A stretch of DNA of 64,000 nucleotides from Azolla caroliniana (taxonomy: Eukaryota; Plantae; Polypodiophyta): the NCBI GenBank assembly GCA_043228905.1, contig JBHGNT010000012.1:5394001-5458000 (forward strand), given 5' to 3'. Within the stretch, counting starts at the first letter, position 1. The number at the start of each line of letters is the position of its first letter. Below are positions 60,801-64,000 of the stretch, one piece after another. The position numbers were made by a program, and so were the translations under genes. Below the pieces are notes generated by a model that was given only the letters and a program-made list of their open reading frames with translations, was not told the DNA's origin and made no database searches.

Positions 60801-62672
60801 ATGAGTCGGATCCGACTCCAGAAAGGAAAATGATGGTTCTTCGGCACTGAAGACCGAACCGGCCAAGAAGGGCCTCAAACCAGGTAACGGTGGGTTACGC
60901 CGGTAATCCCGCCAGAAGGAACCTATTAAGCGATACGGGTACAATGAGTACATGACCAAAGTGGCGGAAGTGCGTGAGCCGGAGAGCTACACAAAAGCAG
61001 CAAAGGACGCACATTGGTGTGCCGCTATGGAAGAAGAGATGCGGGCACTTGATGCCAACGATACATGGGACTTGGTTGACCCTCCCCGTCACAGTAAACC
61101 GATTGGCTGCAAGTGGGTGTACAAGGTAAAGTACAACACCGACGGTTTAGTTAACCGTACAAGGCCCGGTTAGTGGCGAAGGGATACGCACAGACCCACA
61201 GAATCGACTACGACGAGACCTTCGCTCCAATAGCAAAGATGACGACGGTTCATGTGGTGCTGGCGGTTGCAGTGGCAAGGGGGTGGCATCTTCACCAGAT
61301 GGATGTGAAGAATGCATTTCTTCAAGGAGATCTTGAAGAAGAGATCTTTATGATACAACCCCTCGGTTTCTAGACGGAGATGAACAAGTTGGTGGTATGC
61401 CGGCTAAAGAAGTCACTTTATGGCCTGAAGCAAGCCCCCTGAGCTTGGAATGCAAAGATCACACACCGGTTGCGTAAGATGGGGTTTGCGGCCTCCAAGT
61501 CCGACTCTTCGTTGTTCATCCGGCAAGGTTGGACGGTCCGGTTTGCATATTGTTGTACGTTGATGATCTGGTCATCACCAAACCCGGACTCGATGAAATC
61601 AGCTGAGTCAAGTCCCAGTTGTCAAATGCATTTGAGATGAAGGACATGGGGGACCTTCATTATTTTCTTGGGATCGAGGTGATCCGAACCCCCGACGGCA
61701 TATTGCTCTCACAAAGGCACTATGTGTTGAATATGTTGTACAAGTTTGGCATGACGGAATGCCGACCTATCTCTACTCCCTTGGACCGGAACCAGAAGCT
61801 CCGTCCCGACTTCGGACCGGCCTGCGATGAGAAACGGTTCCGAAAAATTGTCGAAAGCCTTATATATTGGACCATCACCCGACTCGACATCAGCTATCCG
61901 GTCGGTGTGATTAGCCAATTCATGTAGAAGCCGACCATGGAGCATCTTCAGTGCGCGCACCGAATATTGCGGTATGTGAGCAGCACGAAGGACTGGGGAT
62001 TGGTATACCGGTGCGGTATAACCGAAGAGCTGGTCTGTTACACAGATGCCGACTGGGCCAGCGATGCATCAGATTGCCGATCAACCTCCGGTTACATGTT
62101 TTCTCTAGGTAGCGTGGCTGTTGCGTGGAGCAACAAAAAGCAGCCAACAGTTGCTCTGTCGAGCACTGAGGTTGAGTATCGGGGCGCTACCATTGCCACC
62201 TATGAAGCCATTTGGCTTCAGCGACTGCTGCAAGACCTACGGATCGAGATACCGACCCCAATTCTGATCTACTGCGACAAGGTAAGCAACATGTAGCTCG
62301 CCAAGAACCCCGTATTCCATGCTTGCACAAAGCACATAGAAGTGCACTATCACTTCGTGCGTGAGCGTGTCCTTAGCAGTGAGGTCGAACTTCGGTATGT
62401 TCACGCGGATCGGCAAGTTGCCGACATCTTCACCAAACCACTTGGATCGGACAAGTTGCAGCACTTCACCGAAATGCTTGGTGTTCAGCATCTCGACGTG
62501 CCACACTTGAGTGGGAGAATAGGCAAAGACACCAGAATGGGCAAAGGCAAAGAGACTGCCGATTGTGCCGGTGAGAGAAGAACTGACGAAGGGTGAGTCA
62601 AGAAGAAGAAAGGAACCGAGTCGACAAAGGAAGTCGACACATCCGAACAAGTCGGAACAAGCTGCAATGGCG
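57874..62672 (+). mobile_element. Degenerate family-A Copia (LTR 57874-58269, PBS 58270-58281, gag-PR-IN-RT-RH)
   Basis: 467-aa IN-containing ORF at 59250-60653 plus RT/RH fragments with stops. The 3' LTR is not reached before the next insertion. Confidence 0.92.
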
Positions 62673-64000
62673 TGTTGTCCGCCGGAATAGTAACTGAAGG
62701 ACAAGAGCATAGGAATAAGAAATAAAATAAGATCATAACGCATGTAACGGTTCATGCAGCAAGCGTGAACAGCTAGATAGACCATGCGTATATAAAGGGC
62801 AAAAAACCCCGGATAGAGGGAGCATGTAATTTTGGAATGTAAAGAAACGTATCATAATAGAATTCTATCTTCTCTGAACGTCTGTGTATAGCTCCGGCTA
62901 ATCTACAGTGTGTCTGGAATACCTGAGCGTGTAAGAACGTAAGTGTAACCATTGCTAAGGATTCGGTTGTAGCCATCTCCCTTATACGATGATAGGTTAC
63001 AGGGAACATTCCCCTACGCATTACGCATAAACGCCTATTCGTTGTTCCACAACCACTTGGAGGTCTAGGTCGAAGGACTGACCGCAGACCGTGTTCCTAA
63101 TTGGTAACACTTTTGGCACGCTTGGTGATCTGTGTCTTCTCACAGACGAGCAACAACGAATGGATGTTTAATCGCAAACGCCCCAGAGAACCAACACGAC
63201 AAGACCAGCCAATCACAAGGTCCGTCACACGCTAGGCAGAAGAACGCGCACGGCAAAAGCCTTGCCTCAGCAACCTCAGTACTACCTGCTGTGATTACAA
63301 AGGTGATTCTTCGCTCTCCAAATACCTCGACGAGACGCGTGGAATACGCTCACCACAACCACCATGTGGTCTTTCCTGACCCGCCGTAGCCCCCAACATG
63401 GCCTTTGCCTACCCCCGTTTTAACGGCGAAACCAACGCCGCAACTCATATTCGCATGTTCCTTAATGTTTGGAATGTGAACCACATGGCGCAGAGCCTTT
63501 CGAAGGCGGTAGCGCACCAGTCGAAAATGACGGAGTTTAGGTTAACATTGGATGGGCGAGCGGCCTTTTGGCATTCACAGATGGATTTACCAGCAATAAC
63601 AACCTTCGATCAGCTGCAATCCGCTTTCTTGCGGTTCTTCCATCGGAGGGTCCCACAACGTGAAATCTTCGGACAGTTCTACACGATTAAGCAACTGCCG
63701 ACCGAGACGATAGCAGACTTCAACTTACGTTTCCAAAATTTACAGTGGAAACTAGAACGGAGCCCCGCGGAGGACGAGGCTTGAGAAACATTTCTGGCAG
63801 CATTACGCCGACCCATCCGGGCAACGCTCAACAACAATAGCGTGAAAGGGGAAATAGAGGATATGGTCATTGAATGAGCATTACAGCTCAAGTTGAACGA
63901 CGAGGAGGAAAGGTTTTCTATGTCCTCCTTACGACAAGCGTTACCCCAGGACGAGGAACACCAGTTTCGTCAAGCAATCCAGTGCACGATTTGCTTGAAC
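62673..64000 (+). mobile_element. Gypsy (Tat-like) 5' LTR 62673-63109, degenerate tRNA-Arg-type PBS and gag remnant
   Basis: TGTTG...GGTAACA termini, PBS TGGCACGCTTGGTG at 63114, and retrotransposon-gag motifs YPRFNGE, TLDGRAAFW and LQSAFLRFF. It runs off the window. Confidence 0.75.

Overview
This is eukaryotic land-plant nuclear DNA, probably from a seed-free plant. That inference rests on a Sola-like transposase, a fungal-type oxidase and the Gypsy type present. 1-27 kb is a deep retrotransposon nest. Degenerate Copia copies there host two very young elements: a full-length Copia (3885-9439, TSD GTTAG, one in-frame TAG) and an apparently intact non-chromovirus Gypsy (10225-17607). The Gypsy has identical 858-bp LTRs, a 4-bp TSD, a tRNA-Trp PBS and a predicted -1 frameshift/pseudoknot after the protease. 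The nest also contains a related solo LTR and a Sola-like transposase relic. 30-47 kb is a gene island: a LINE-type U2 snRNA retrocopy, a divergent tetraspanin, frataxin and a plastid HAD hydrolase (At4g39970-like). 47-55 kb holds MITEs, an LTR-like region with tRNA-derived modules, a Pack-MULE and an internally deleted fungal-type FAD/BBE oxidoreductase. 56-64 kb is a second Copia/Gypsy nest. The most novel-looking signals are antisense tRNA-like Pol III cassettes in the U3 of two related LTR families, the frameshift pseudoknot and the fungal-type oxidase. All calls were made by eye, with no database searches.
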